From: the human T2T-CHM13v2.0 reference genome, Homo sapiens
Strand: one strand, 5' to 3'
NCBI RefSeq assembly: GCF_009914755.1
Contig: NC_060930.1
DNA: 64,000 nt
Shown here in pieces: positions 1 through 15,162 of this stretch. Numbering within the stretch: position 1 is the first letter of the stretch; each line of letters begins with the position of its first letter. The notes beneath the pieces are model-generated. The model did no database searches. It worked only from the letters and a program-made list of their open reading frames with translations, and was not told where the DNA came from. The position numbers and the translations under genes were made by a program.

Positions 1-1081
1 AAGAATCAGCACTCACTCTTCACTCATTATGGGATTTATTATTTTCTAAAAAGTGTTTTCCAATTTGCATTTTTAGTATTGAATTTTTTAAGCTCATTGT
101 TTTTATAAGTTCAAATAAACATTTTAAACATGCCCTGTGACCAATCCTCCTTGAGCTCTGGGCAGATGGCCTTGACATATTTACAAAGATTCTTGAGAAC
201 ATCAGACATGAACTGGTTTAAATCCTAACTGCACCTCTAAGCCTGTCTGTACCATAACCGTTTCTTAAACAACTTTAGAAGAATAGAAAGCTCTTTTCTT
301 GACTAACTCTAAATCCTACAACTGTGTCATGGTTCCATTTCTGTCTAGCTCTTTCTGGAGCTTACCTCATTAACAATTCTCACATTCTTTTTTATGTTTA
401 CATTCTCATCTTAGCCTATAAACATGCTTGTGTCTCTTTAAAAACAATTCCCAAACTAAATCTTTAAATCCTGAGCCCACTTCCAGCTAATATCTTGTCT
501 CCTTCCTTCTCCTAATTATCACCAAAGTTCTGGAGTTTTCCATATTCACTCTCTCCACCTTACCTCACTGCATCATGGGTGTTTTTCCTAAGGTTTTAGT
601 GATTTCCTAATTCCAAAGCAGTAAAATGATTTTATTTTGCCTCCTTTGACTTCTCTGTATTACTAATTATTAGTTGTGATTCTCTTCTTTGCTCGCCTGT
701 CTTGGTTCTCCTTCCACCTCTCTGGCTGTACTTTCACCATCTTCTTTACCACCTCCTATTCCCCTTGGGATTTAGGGTTGGAAACAGGAATACAGATAGT
801 ATCTGGCTCTTGGGGTTATCCTGTGAATGAAACGATATAATTTATATAAAAGTTATGACAAGTACCTGGGACAGAGTTAGTGCTCAGGAAAAATGCAGTC
901 ACTACTGATGAGTTTATTTTAGACTGGTCAATTTGAAACATTTGTGACATTCTACAGGTAGTTCTAGAAATAAGGGTCTGGATTTCAGGAGTGAGAGCTG
1001 GAGCAGTGGATCTGGATTCATCAGTGCATAAATAGCAACTGAAGATAAGGGAGATTATGAAATTATCCAGGGAGCATATAT

Positions 1082-1478
1082 TTGTCAGGAAAGACTAGGT
1101 TATGCTGAGATAACTTCTCCAAGTTTTCACGGTTTTAAACAACAAAAGTTTAATTCGTGCTCATGAAATGTGTCCATTGTGGGTCAGGAAGAGGAATTCT
1201 GCTCATTGTCCTCGTTCAAGAACCCAGGCTCCCTGTCCAGCTATCAACTCAAACAAGGACAGTTACAGTGTCACAGGGAAGAGAGCTGTGGAGGGCCTCA
1301 TATTAGCAAGAAAGTGCTCTGGTGTTCAAGTGGCCCAAGTTCCTTTTGCTCACAATTTGTTGGCTAAAACTCATCACAAGGTGCACTCATTTAGAAGTAG
1401 GAGAAGAAGTGCAATTCAACTGCATGTCAGGGAGATGGAGAGCAGGAAATATTTAATAAGTAGCACCAATCACCACCA
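1082..1478 (-). mobile_element. Old MaLR LTR (MLT1K/L-like)
   Basis: MLT1-type motifs (ggttatgctg..., gctcacaatttgttggctaaaact, aaatatttaataagtagcacc); highly diverged. Confidence 0.6.
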
Positions 1479-1565
1479 GAGTTTTGTCTAGAATGGAAGC
1501 AAAAAGAATACACTACTTAGGAGAATACATTGGATTGCCTTTTGTTATCTACTACTTGTCCCTTC

Positions 1566-2087
1566 CATAATGGTTAATTTTATGTATCAGCTTGAGCAGG
1601 CTGTGGGATGACACGACGGCTGGTAAACATTATTTATGGGTGTGTCTAGGAGGGTAATTCTAGAAAAAATTAGCATTTGAATCAGTAGACTGAGAAAAGA
1701 AGATCACCCTCACCAATGTGGGTAGGCATTGTCAAATCTTTTGATGGCCCAAATAGAATGAAAAAGTGGAGAAAGGGTGAATTTACTCAGTCTTCTTAAA
1801 CCAGGGCTTCCATATTCTCCTGACTTTGAACATCAGAACTCCTGGTTTTTGGGTCTTCAGGCTTCAAAACCTATACCAGCATCCCCTAACACTCACCACA
1901 CTCACTGGTTCTCAGGCTTTTAGTCTCAGACTCAATTACTCCACTGGCTTTTTTTGTTCTCCAGCTTGTATATTGTAGGACTTCAGGGTCTCCATAATCT
2001 TGTGAGACAATTTCCATAATGAATTTCCTCTTATATATCTCTTTAAACTCCATTGATTCTGTTTTCTGCAGAACCCTGGCTAATACA
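1566..2087 (+). mobile_element. ERVL solo LTR (MLT2 family)
   Basis: Starts ...atggttaattttatgt, contains ttagcatttgaatcagtagactgag and caccaatgtggg, ends gaaccctggctaataca. Confidence 0.85.
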
Positions 2088-2798
2088 CCTTTCCCGATTC
2101 AGTACCTAGTTTTTAAAACCTCTCGGATAGGGCCATCTTTTGTCTAGATGCTCAGCCCTGATACCTCTAAATTAACCATGACTCTCTCATCTCCTTCACT
2201 TTTCCTTTCTGATTTAAATATAGAATTCCATCAATTCAATAATAAATATATTGCCTGAATTCATCCCTTTCTCTCTGTCATCTCTGAAACTATTACTAGA
2301 GCCTCTAAACTACTTTCAGTTAGAATGACCTTCTGAAACACAAATTTGGTCATCCCGCAGGGCTTTAAAAATAGAAATTTTTTCTAATGAAGTAATTTTC
2401 AGGCTGGAGTAAAGATGGAGTGATGTTGGTTATGTATGAGATTTTCTATCTATTAAAATAAAAACTAAGGTTAGAAAACTTTTAGACAATGGAAAAGTAT
2501 AAAGAAATAAATGTGCATATATCTTTGTTGTATTTGACACGGTTGCCTACTCCTTTTCAAAACTGCTCTTGTGGTTCTAGCACTCTCTGGTTTTCCTTCC
2601 AGCTGCTTGTCTGCCATTTATGACTTCTCTCTTCATCTGCAGGATGCTTAAGTACTGGAGTTCCTTTTGGTCCAAGACTTCTCTTCCCTCCTAACTTTGT
2701 ATCTCTCCCCTCACACCCTTTCTGTGTCGCACATACACACAGCCAACACTGACCTCTTTCCTCAAACATCAACTCATACCTCCAATTGCCTCCTGAAT

Positions 2799-3095
<297 letters not shown>

Positions 3096-3695
3096 TTGCC
3101 TCCTGAATATTTTAATGTTATCTTAGAATGGTAAGCACAGTATGTTCAAAATTTAACTCATTTCTTCCTCTTCAAATATTCCTCTGCCTAGTTCCTTATA
3201 AGCTGCACAAGCCACAATAATTTTTCCTCTTCTCTCCTCTCTATACAATAAAAAAGTAATAAGTACTATTGTTTCTAAACTAACTTTCTCTATTCTTCTT
3301 ACTCTCTTCTGCATCCCCACTGCCAGAGCCTCAGTTCAGACCCTTATACTTTCCCACCTGTAGAACGGCAATGGGGATTCTTCACGAATCTCCTTCTATC
3401 CTCAATACTTTTCTTCCAACATTCAGCTGGCCAGCATATCCTGTCACTGGAGTAGACTAATTTTTCTAAAACGTAAACCTGATAGTAATGTTACTTAACA
3501 ATTTCTTAATGGCTTCCTATTGTGTTCAGAATGAAATCTGATGACTTTAGCATAGCACAAAAAGTTCAATGGCTTGGTTCTTGCTTGCTTGCCTCCCAGT
3601 CTTGTCTCCTGCGAATTCCTCAGGAGCACCTGGAAATTCAGAGATACCAATCTGTGGTCATTGAAAGACAATACTTGGTTCTTTATACGGGTCAT

Positions 3696-4040
3696 TGCTA
3701 TGGTCTGAATGTTTGTGCCTGCCCCCCATTCATATGTTAAAATCCTATGAATTAGGAGCTGGGGGCCTTAGGGAGGTGATGAGGTCGGGACGGTAGAGCC
3801 CTCATGAATGGTATTAGTCCCTTTATAAAAGAAGTCCAAGGGAGCTTATTCACTCCTTCCACCATGTGAGGACGCGGTGAGAAGATGGCCATCTTTGAAC
3901 TAGCAAGAGGACCTTCCCAGACTCCCAGTCTATCATCACCTTGATCTTGAACTTCCCAGCCTCCAGAACTGTGAGAAATAAATTTCTGTTGTGACCCAGT
4001 TCATGGTACTTTGTTAAAGCAGCCTCAGTAGATGAAGACA
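3696..4040 (+). mobile_element. MaLR LTR (MLT1A-like)
   Basis: tgctatggtctgaatgtttgtg ... cttcccagcctccagaactgtgagaaataaatttctgttg ... aagaca. Confidence 0.9.
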
Positions 4041-5679
4041 ATCTTGTGCCGTCCCTTCTGCATGGGATGCCCTTTTCTTGTCCTTTTCATCTCCACGCAC
4101 CGTTTTTTTGTGTTTTTTTTGTTTTGTTTTGTTTTTTCTACAAGGTAGAGTATGTTCTACTTCTATTCATTGTGCAAGATCCCAGTCTGAAGTAAATTCT
4201 TTTCAAAAGTTTTCTTGACACTCCTGAAATTCCTTTCCCTGTCCTGACTTCCTTCTCTGGTTTCCACATAACAGTCTGTATTCACCTTTAAATTTCAGGT
4301 GGATTATCACACTGTAAGGTCACTATGTATTAACCATGAATTGCTTGAAGGAAAATACTTGGTATCCCCAGCACCTAGAGCAGTACCTTGCACAAACTGG
4401 GCATTCATAATTACTTGTAAACTGAATGACCAGGCTCAGTGCTCCTATCACATTTTATACATCTTTTCCTCACTGCCTTGTGATTATTTTCTTTTTATGT
4501 CTTTCTCTAGTACATTATAAAACATTCTCAACCATTTATGCAATTCCACACACAAAATAAGCACTATAAAAATGTTACCTGATGCAGTCTAATGTAAAAT
4601 TTTTGGTATATTTCAAAATAGTTTTCAAGGTAAGTATTCATTTTAGAGTGTAATATAAAGGATACATGACCTGTTGCTATTTTCATGGTGACCATAAGAT
4701 TTAGAGAGGGAAAAAAACTTCACACTAATTTTATAAGAACTTCCTCTTACTCAGTTATTTTAATTTTCTTAGCTTTTCAAGATTGCTCCTAACAAGTATA
4801 AGAAGTTGTACCAATGTCTTCCTAAGAGAAATGGAAGAAGCAAGAGGATATAAGAAAAAAAAAAAAAAAGAAAAGGATGAGAAAACAATGAAGGAAGGGA
4901 AGAGAGGAGAGGAAAAAGAAAACCATAAACAACAGGTACATGTGTTCCAGTTCATAAGAAACACTTCAAGATATCCTTACACATATTTAAAAACATATAT
5001 AAATATTTATACATTTGAAAGAATTGATTACAAGTGTGCTAGATCTAACACCAACTTTAACTTGCAAATTTAGTATTTATTAGAAGAAATGAATGTGTTT
5101 TATTCCCCCATTAGTTAATATCATGCTTTGTTATATACGACAGTGAATGGGCACTATTTTAATACTGGAATAAAAGAAAAACCAGCATTTCCAGCACATC
5201 TTAAATGCATATTCACAGTAGATGAGAATAACAAGTGATTTCTGATGTTTTTTTTTCTAATCTGTTCCATTTTTGCATTTTAATGAACACCTTAAATTTT
5301 CTGTTTAAGTCTGTTCCGGCAGTTTTGAATTATTTTCTCTGGGAAAATGATTAAGCAAGAAAATCTCTGTTAGGAGAAGAGTGTGCAGTAATATGAATTA
5401 ATCAAACACAAATGAAAAAGGATTAAATTCGATGAAGGAGCTACATTTCTAAATATTTTTTCTATCTCTTCAATCAAGACAAGGGTCTTTTTCTTAAGAG
5501 CTTATAATCTAATTGGAGAGACAGAGCACATACATAAAAAGATGAATGGCTCTAGGGGGAATCCAAATGAATTGTCCAGACAGTAAATGCTACAGATTTC
5601 AGAATCTGGAGAAGAGCCCGAAAGCCTAGGTGGCTAAGTCTTGAACTGATCTTCAAAGAAATGAGACGGGGGATCTTCA

Positions 5680-5860
5680 ACAATGGAGTGTGACTGTTAA
5701 TGAGCACAGAGTTTGTTTTGGGGGTGATGAACATCTTCTAAAACTATGGTGATAGCTGCACAACTCTGACTATAATAAAAGCCATTGAATTACATATTTT
5801 GAATTGATGAATTGTACAGTATATGAATTACATCTCAGAAAAGCTTTTATATTAAAAAAT
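5680..5860 (+). mobile_element. L1M 3' UTR fragment
   Basis: gggggtgatgaa...ggtgatagctgcacaactctg...atatgaattacatctca, typical of L1MB/MC 3' ends. Confidence 0.75.
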
Positions 5861-6254
5861 ATTAGCTATGGTCTTGGCATCAGTTACATAAATGGGGACT
5901 GAGGCTGCTAAGGACATTATGTTTTCCTCTTTTTCTTTCCTCTACTTTTTAATAAAAGGGATGTTGGCTGTGCTTAACTTTACAGTTGAGTTTCACAGTC
6001 GCTAGGCCAATGAGAAATTACATCTGAAATAGATGTAGATAACTGCATATCATGAGGAGTCCCTGAGTTATTGAGATAGACATAGGGACAGACACAGAGG
6101 TTTGTATCTCCTTTCTTTAGGAGCACACGGGAAGAACTTTCTACAAAGAATACTTACAACGTATTAGGTGGAAGCTTGGTGGTATTGCATGAGAGGAAAA
6201 GATGGCTGAATAGTAAAAATGGATACAGAATAATCCATTTTTGGCCTATTTTGC

Positions 6255-7160
6255 TGTCACATCCTGTCTTCACTCTCCTCTGACTCTGGTCCATATAGCA
6301 GAGTTGGGTAGGGAGGAAGGGAGGGATGAATTCTGTAGATTGCATTTCCCAGGTTATGATCACCACTGGCTTCCAGATTGGTTTGGTCAGTAGGAGGCAC
6401 CAGGGGAGACTGGTGGACAAGAAGAAGTAAGAATCTAGGGTACTTCTCACCCTCTCTTCCTGACTTGAACAGCTTCTCTGGGAACAGCTGCATCTTTCCT
6501 GTTGCTATAGCTTCTGGCATAGTTCCAGTTTCTTCTGAGTGAACTTAAATCTTGAGCTTTCTACAAAACTTCCTCTCCTCATCCTTCTAGCTAAGATTAG
6601 CATTTGCTAATCTATGTGTTGCCTCACCATCCCTTGTGCTATGATCTAAATGTCCCCCCAAAATTCATGTATTGGAACTTGATCACCACTGTGGTGGTCA
6701 AAGAGATGGGATCTTTTGGGATGTGATTAAGTCCTGAGGGCTCTGCTCTGAGCAAGGGATTAGTGCCTTATAAAAGGGCTGGAGGGAACTAGCTTAGGCC
6801 CCCTTTGACCTTCTACCTTCCACCTTCCACCATGTAGGGACACTGCGTTTTTCACCTCTGGAGGACAAAGTGTTTCCAAGATACCATCTTGGAAACAGAG
6901 AGACCCAGCCCTCACCAGACACTGAACTTGCCTTGATCTTAGATTTCCCAGCCTTAGGAAAAGTGGAAAATAAATTTCTATTATTTACAAATTACCCATT
7001 CTGCTGAATTTCATTATAGCAGCAGAAATAGACTGAGACATCCTGTCTTGCTTTTCAGGTCTTCCATCACCTGTGAACCAATTTCCTGCAGAAAGTTCTT
7101 TCTGTTTAAAGTATTTTTAGTGGTTTCTAGTTTTCTGTTTGAATCCTTAAACTGACACAG
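6255..7160 (+). mobile_element. ERVL LTR33-like, interrupted by an MST LTR
   Basis: ttgcatttcccagg...ggaggcaccaggggagactgg...ttgcctcaccatccc, resumes after 7040 and ends ctgacaca. Confidence 0.7.
6637..7040 (+). mobile_element. MaLR LTR (MSTC/MSTD-like) nested in LTR33
   Basis: tgctatgatctaaatgtcccccc...ataaaagggctggagggaactagc...tatagcagcagaaatagactgagaca. Confidence 0.85.
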
Positions 7161-7322
7161 CATGAGCAGAATAAATGTGGAATGAATACACTTAGTATAT
7201 GGAGAACTGAAAAAAATGAAAAACAAAAGGAATGCAGGAGGTAGGGGCATTTAGTTGAAGACAATGAGATTTATTTAAGTGTAGAATTTGGGAAAATATG
7301 GTGGTAATGAATAATTGCCTCA

Positions 7323-8142
<820 letters not shown>

Positions 8143-10579
8143 CTATTGAGGAGCCAATAAAGGACTAAAAAGATTTGTCACAAAGTTAAGGAGAGAATCT
8201 GCTTAGTGGTAAGTGTAATCTCATGGAAATTAGGCAAGAGAGATAATGAAGAGAAAAGAGTTAAATGTTAGATAATGCAGGGTAGTCAGGGAAGAGGAAG
8301 ACTGAAAAGGGTTACTGAGTTTGGTAATAAGGAGGTTACTGATGACCCTGAAAGTGTGATTTTATTAGCAGTGTAATGGCTGATCATGCACTGCCAAATC
8401 ATTAAGTAGGTAGAGAAGAAATCAGGATTAAAAGTATACAGAAATAATTTGATTATAGACATTTCCCAAGAAATGGAAGATAGAGCTAGTACAGCAGCTA
8501 GAAGAGGAAACACAGGTATTTCTAAATTTATTTTTAAGAAAATGTTATAACTATATATATTGGTAGATGAGAGAAAAAATGCCAATGGATATTATGTGAA
8601 CAGAAATGAAGGAACTATGGAGGATGAATGATGAAATAAATTGCCAGGGAAAATGAATAAAACTGGGTTCAGGACACTGGGAAATGGTTATACTGGGCAA
8701 AATGTAAAATATGTGTTTGGAAATAAAAAGTAACAGATACAAATATAACAACATACATTGGAGAAGGAGCATACGCAAGCTTAGAGAGCTTGTGATATGT
8801 AGCCTGGCTTGACTGTGGAGATGAGGGTGTCGGGCCACGGGAGGATGTGAGCAACAGCTGCGGTGAGGATTTAAAGAGCAATTCAACTACAAATAAACAA
8901 AATGTTGATGAGCAGTACTGAGAGCCTGGTTCAGGTTAAAGAGCAAAAAAATCCATGAACTGTGGTGTCAGCAGAGACACAATTGGTGGGTAAGATTAAA
9001 GGAATGTTGATGGATAAGGATAGGTTTGTGAAATAGTAGGCATGGTAAGGGCCAACAGCACTTGATTACCATTTGAACCAGTCAACACAGAAAGTGTTAA
9101 GTGAAGGCTGACATCTAGTCTATTGCACTGATAATGTCTCTGTGGGTGGGGTAGGTGAAAGATGATGAGCTTGGCTTATGACATCTTAAGTTTAAGTAGA
9201 ATTGTCTAGCAGGCAGTTGGAGGTGTTGGACTAAATCTCAGAGTAGCAGATGTAAATAGTGAAGCTAAGAATTTGTATGAGAATTTTGTGATAAAAAATG
9301 TAGAACAAGAAAGTTAGAATGCCAAGGACTAAATGTATGACCATATCTGAGGAGTGGAGAGGAAATGAAGTCTGAGAATATGTAGATACAAAGAATTAAA
9401 AAATTTTGCTCAAATGGAAAGTAGCAGTGCTTTCTCTCTAAGTTAAATTTCCCAAACTCGATGTTTTACAAGTGGGACTACTATTTTTGTCCATATCTGC
9501 ACATTTGCATCCCTAATAGACATCTTGCAGAGGACGCTGAATGGCCCTAATGTTTTTCCACATTTAAAAAGATGAGCCCATTCACAGGGAAGCACACTAA
9601 CTGAAAGAGAAATTTCTGCAAATGTCTTTTAATAGGCACATTCATGGGTGACAAAGCACACTGAAGATTCCTAGAGTTTTATGTGTAGGAGCTGAATGGA
9701 TACATTTGGAGGTTGAAAGAGCAAACATGGCATTGCCACATTCAACTCTTCAAATTCTTCCTTGAAAATTAGAAAGAGGACTTTTCCGTTCCAAGTGCTT
9801 TGAAATAGATTATGGCACTGCCGTATTCTCTCAGAAATTCATTGTGGCCTAAGACTACACCACAGTGACTAAGTTTTTTCTAAGGCATCTCATGCATAGA
9901 TGAGCCAAAATTGTATTCTATTCATCTAGCATAAGCTCTTTACAACATAAAAAGCTCTGATTGCTCAGAGTTGACAGGCTTTTGAAGCTGTAGGGTAGCA
10001 TCGTGGTACTACTCATCTCCCATCCCTAATGGAGTCAAGGCAAAGAGCTTATATCAGGGGCCAATAACAAGGGTGGAAGTAGAAGTAAAGGTTATGTCAA
10101 TTTCACATAGGAAACTTTTTGAAATACATGTATTCTGGGATCTCTCTCACTTCCCCACTGACCCCTTCCTAAAATAGAAACGACTTATATTTATCTTAGG
10201 ATACCTCTTTGTACTTGTTTAAAATAACCTATGCATCAACAATCAATTAAACTTTCTGCTATAAAGAAAAGTTCCTGGCCCAAAGACCTAGAAGCATCTA
10301 AATACTGTGACAGCCATCCAGCAATTTCTATAAACTGATAGGTTATTTTCTGATTTCAGAAGGAAATCTTAGTTACGTAAGATGATGCTTCTATTTGATA
10401 GGGCTCAGATCTGCCTTCTTCTCTCTAATCTTACTTCCATGTTTTGTTCAAACCTCCACCGTCTCAAGTCTGATTATCAAACTTATCTCTTAATTCGATC
10501 CTTACTTTTAATCATGTTCACGCAAATTCGTTTTTTTCATATTCCTATCAAAAATAACTTTTTAAAACACAAATTGTTA

Positions 10580-11420
10580 ATGTCATCTTCATTTACTCAA
10601 AAAGATTTGTTGAGCATCATTAGATGCCAGAAATACAATAATGATAAAAAGAAAGTTCAATGGCAAAGACACACAGTCAAGTACTAATAATTACACCGAA
10701 GAACACGTAAATATGTAACAAAAGTATGTGACCTACTGGAGATGTCAGAAAAGGTTAGCCTGAGGAAGTGACAATGGAGGAGAGAGGTGGAAACTATGGA
10801 GGGTAGATAGGTTAATCTAGATAGAGAAGGCAGCAAGTGCAACAGCGTTGGGGTGGGGGCCCAGCATATATTTGAGGAGCTGAGACAAGACCAGCATGGC
10901 CGTAGCCCAGAGAGTGAGGGGAGAAGAGTTGGGAAAGCCAGCAAGGGCCAAGTTATGCAAATTATTACAGGCACTTTTTAAGGTCCTTAGTTTTCATCAT
11001 ATGAGCATTGCAAAGTAACAGGTTTTAAATACGGTAAAGAAGGAATAAGATTTGCACTTTTTACTAGCTTTTGCTTCAATGTGAATATCAGCTTGGAGGA
11101 AAACCAGAGATGTGGGAAGACCAGCTAGTACTTTATCAACATAATCTAGATGAGAAGTACTAGAAACTTGGACTGGGGTGGTGACTGTTGAAAAGGAGGT
11201 AAACTGAGGGACTGGAGAGATATTTTAGTAGTGATCTGTTGACAGAGTAAGTATGGGGATTGAGATTTCATGTCAAAAATGCTGCATATATTTCTGGTTT
11301 ATGAAATACCACAGATGATGGCAACAGTCACCAGAATATGCAGCACCAGGTGAGAGCTAGGTTTGGAGGGAAACTAGATGTACTGGGTTTGGATATATTG
11401 AGTTGAAAGTGACTTTGACA
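10580..11420 (+). mobile_element. L2 fragment (diverged)
   Basis: catttactca...ttgttgagcatc...tgccag, atatatttgaggagctga, gggtttggatatattgagttga: L2 3'-region motifs. Further L2 pieces at ~8080-8500, 9100-9400 and 11420-11920. Confidence 0.65.
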
Positions 11421-12750
11421 TTTGTAAGTTTTAAAATGTTTACTGGCTTCCCATTGCTCAAAGAGTTAAATTGTATCTCTTCGAAGTGAATTTATAAAAC
11501 CTATGTGATCCACATCCCATGCTCACCTTCTGTCATACTCATATATTCCATATTCCAACCAGTCTGAGTTAGTGGAAATGTAGTGAATGCCCTAAGTATT
11601 TCACAGATTCATGACTTTGCAAATACTATTACTTGCACTCTGCAGCTCTTTCCCTGTGTTCCCTTCTGGAATGCTGACTTACCTCTTGTTTGGTTTTCAA
11701 GACTCAAACACTATCTCCCCTGGAAAGAGTTATTTTTAGTTTTTCTCTAACTTTATGTGTGTGTGTAGATGTATATGTTTGTAATTATTTATGATTGTCA
11801 ATTTGTGGGTCTTTCCCACTAGATTGTGAATGCCTTGAGTTTGGGACTGTGTTTTGCTCATTTCTGTAAACTCTGCGTATAGTAGCCAATAAATAAGTTC
11901 AATGCTGGAATGAATAAAAAAAATGAATTTTGAATTCTTTTTCTTATTTCCAGGAAAATATTTTAAAATTAGACTACTTTTTGTTAACATAACCAGGAAC
12001 TACTGATATGACTAAAAAATTTGAACTCATGTACCTATGAGTGATTTACATTAACAATACTGAACTAAAGAATTAATTTTTTCTTGCCAAATCAAAAGTA
12101 AAAACTCCAGTAAAAAAGCCATAATATGTTTCCTGAAATTTGTAGACTATCATTTTCACATGACCATGGACTAAAAGCCAAAACCAATATTAAAAGGCAG
12201 CATTTTTTAAAAGTTTTTTTTCTGATTATAAAAATGATATATGTCCACTGGGAAAATACAGAAAAGTACAAAACATATGAAATGTAAACATAACCCCAAG
12301 ACCAAAAGAGAGCCACTTTAAATATTTTATTTGTAAATCTTTCCTGTCCTTTTCCTGTGTAAGCACATGCATTTTACCAGCTTTCCTAATGGAGAAAAAT
12401 GTTAGGCCCAAAGTGGGTATTCCAAGCCACTTTTAAAACTGGCTATTGGAGTTGTTATATGTTAAATAATGCAAGGAGGTTTTCTAGTTCTCTCCAAGGC
12501 CTGTCTCTCCTGCTTTCTCTCTTTAAGCTGTCACAGGTGAGAGGACTAATCAGGGCCGGACTGGCTCACCTTGGGCAGGTCAGCCATTATCTCTCTCTTT
12601 GCAGAAATAAATGCCCTTGGTAAACTCTAAGAGTCAGGTTTAGAAGGAGGTAGTGAATGACCACACTTAGTCTTCAGGGTCTAAGCTGTGTGCTCAGCAC
12701 AGTTGTTAACAGCCAGCCTTGCTGTGTGGGGGACAACTACTGGGAGTTAC

Positions 12751-12790
12751 TGACTCAGCTACTGGAATGACTGAGTCATACTTTGAGTCA
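12751..12790. promoter_or_regulatory. AP-1 x3 + TEAD motif cluster, candidate enhancer core
   Basis: TGACTCA 12751-12757, GGAATG 12764-12769, TGAGTCA 12772-12778, TGAGTCA 12784-12790 in apparently non-repeat DNA. Confidence 0.55.
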
Positions 12791-13062
12791 GATTTAGTTT
12801 CTTATATAGACTTCCCTAAAGAGGCATGTCAGGAGGGCAGATGATTTTTAAGAATGCACTTGTTCATTTCTGGGTTTCCAGGACATATTACTATCTAAAT
12901 GCACTTGAAATCTTACATCTGCACTCCAACTGTGGATCTCATGGTATTCAGGGATAAGATGGTGACCACAACATGTGGTACAGGTGAAGGCAAAAGAATG
13001 CACAAATCATATGTCATTTTAGCCACGTAGAATGCCACAACAGTGTCTGAGGGATCATTAAA

Positions 13063-13165
13063 TTATACAAACATACACACATATATGCACATACACATAT
13101 ATAATATATACAATTATACATATAAAATATACAAATATACACATATATACACACATTCACACAAC
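13063..13165. repeat. Degenerate (TA/CA)n microsatellite
   Basis: acatacacacatatatgcacatacacatatataatatata... Confidence 0.85.
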
Positions 13166-13244
13166 CAAAAAAGTAGCTCTGGGCCTAGGATATTTGTCAG
13201 AATTATTTCTGTCTATTTTATAGCAACTTAAAAAAAATCCCAAA

Positions 13245-13669
13245 TGTTACCCAAATGTCAGGGATTTGGTTTAGGGCCCATTGCTTGCCTCACAAAAAGC
13301 CAATCACTGAGACAATAAGTATTGCCAGGAAAGAAGACTTTAACCAGGTGCTGCAGCTGAGGAGAACAAATCAGTCTCAAATCCATCACCCCAACCAACT
13401 AAAATTGGGGAGTTTATATAGTGAGGAAGGAATGTAAAATAAGAATTAAGGAGGGGTAAGGAAGCAATCATAGGGAATGAGGTCTGGTGTATCATTGTCT
13501 GGATGTGGTGATCTGGTGAGGTTTAGTCCCTGGCCTGAGGATCAGTTTCCTGAGGGAGGAACTCAGATGTCACACACATGAATTTCAAACTTTGAGACCA
13601 GGAGGGTCAATCACTATGTTTATTCAAAAATCTAAATATCATTTCTATGGGATAATTGGGCTGGTTTCA
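13245..13669 (-). mobile_element. ERV1 solo LTR (MER66-like)
   Basis: TG...CA termini (tgttacc...ggtttca); perfect 4-bp TSD caaa at 13241-13244 and 13670-13673. Confidence 0.8.
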
Positions 13670-14618
13670 CAAACATGTTTGCTTTACTTTTGTTAGATTT
13701 TACAAAATGACAGCATTTAAATCAGTTAGTATAGTTTAATTATAATATGGCTGAGTGATTTGCTAATTATTAGACATCATTTCCACAAAGCGTTCATTCA
13801 TTCTTTGATTATTCACTTGGTTACTTGGCTGAGGAGAAATGTTGCAGAAATTGGCTGTGAATACCTTAGGTTAGTTTTCAAGGCAACATAAACACAGTCA
13901 ATATTCTCCTTGCCCTGTCTGTGTCTGTGCCTCAATCAAGCATCTGCTCATGCATGGCTTTAGCAGTTTGCAAATACTTTATTTATGACCCCATGTCCCT
14001 ATTTGCTTTCCTACCCTGTGAGTTACAGTGAATTTTGTGGAAATCTAAAAAAGAAGACAGCAATGACAAAACACCAAACCCACCACACTGCTTCAGCCTC
14101 TCCTGGTCACATCCTAGTCAGAGCCATCCTTACATGCATCACATCTCTGCCTCGGTTTCCCAAGCCCTCCTTATCCGGAAGGCTGTTGAAGATTTAGAGA
14201 TGACAGTTGTGTTACAAAACCCCATTCTGGGGAGATGGCAGTCTGTTTAACAGAGTCAAGACATTATCAGGTTTCTTTTATTCAGAGGATCTGAGAGGGC
14301 TCCTTCCTGTGAAGTGTGAGTCAAGCAAATTAGTCTAAAAAAGTCTTTACCAACAGAGTTGCTGCAACCTCAGACCATGGCTCAGAAGCACTCACTGTGT
14401 CAGGAGAGCCATTCAACAAAAGGGCCCAAATGGTCTCTTTAGAGTTTTCTTAGCTTAAAGTCATCTGGTTTTCTTATTAAGTTTCCTCTTCTATTTTTTT
14501 TTAATGTTTGTCTTTGTTTTCCTTGAAATTACAATTTTAAAATTACTCAGAGTTACATTATTTTTATGATTATCCCTCCTTTCTCTCCAAAACATGAGTC
14601 TTGTTCCATCATTGGTTC

Positions 14619-15162
14619 CATAGGGCAGCAGAAATGCCATCCCAAAATATGCTACTTTGACGTAAGAAGTATTTTGAGTTAATGGCATTAAAAAAAAAAT
14701 AGCAGATTCAAAAAGGGCATTCTGACTTTCCGTTTTCTTCCTGAAAGCAGGAGACAAAACTCTCCTGTGAAAGGTGTGTCCCCTCTGTGCCAGGAAGAAG
14801 GAAGGTATTCTTATCATCGGAGATGGGGGGTCAAGGTGAGAGAAATCCATACAAACAACTCTTGCTAAACCAACCATTATCTTTCTAGTTACTTTTCCAC
14901 AATTAACTGCCCCAGCCCAAACCCTTTTCTAGTCTGTGTTTTCACAATTTACTACCCTTTGTCCTGCCTGGTATGTAAGCTTTTGACTCTAACTGCTTCT
15001 TTGGGTCTTCATTTCTCTTGTGAGGGCTCCCAAGCATATGTGAAAATTACTAAGTAAAGTGTGTATGCCTTTCTCCTGTTCATCTGTCTTTTGGCAGTCA
15101 GAGTTACAGAGCCCTGGCCTGAACCTAAGATGGGTCGAAAAAAAGGTGTTGCCTCCCCTGTG
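14619..15162 (+). mobile_element. ERV1 solo LTR (MER34-like)
   Basis: atgccatcccaaaatatgctactttg...attttgag; 3' part tgtatgcctttctcctgtt...gaacctaagatggg. Confidence 0.8.
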
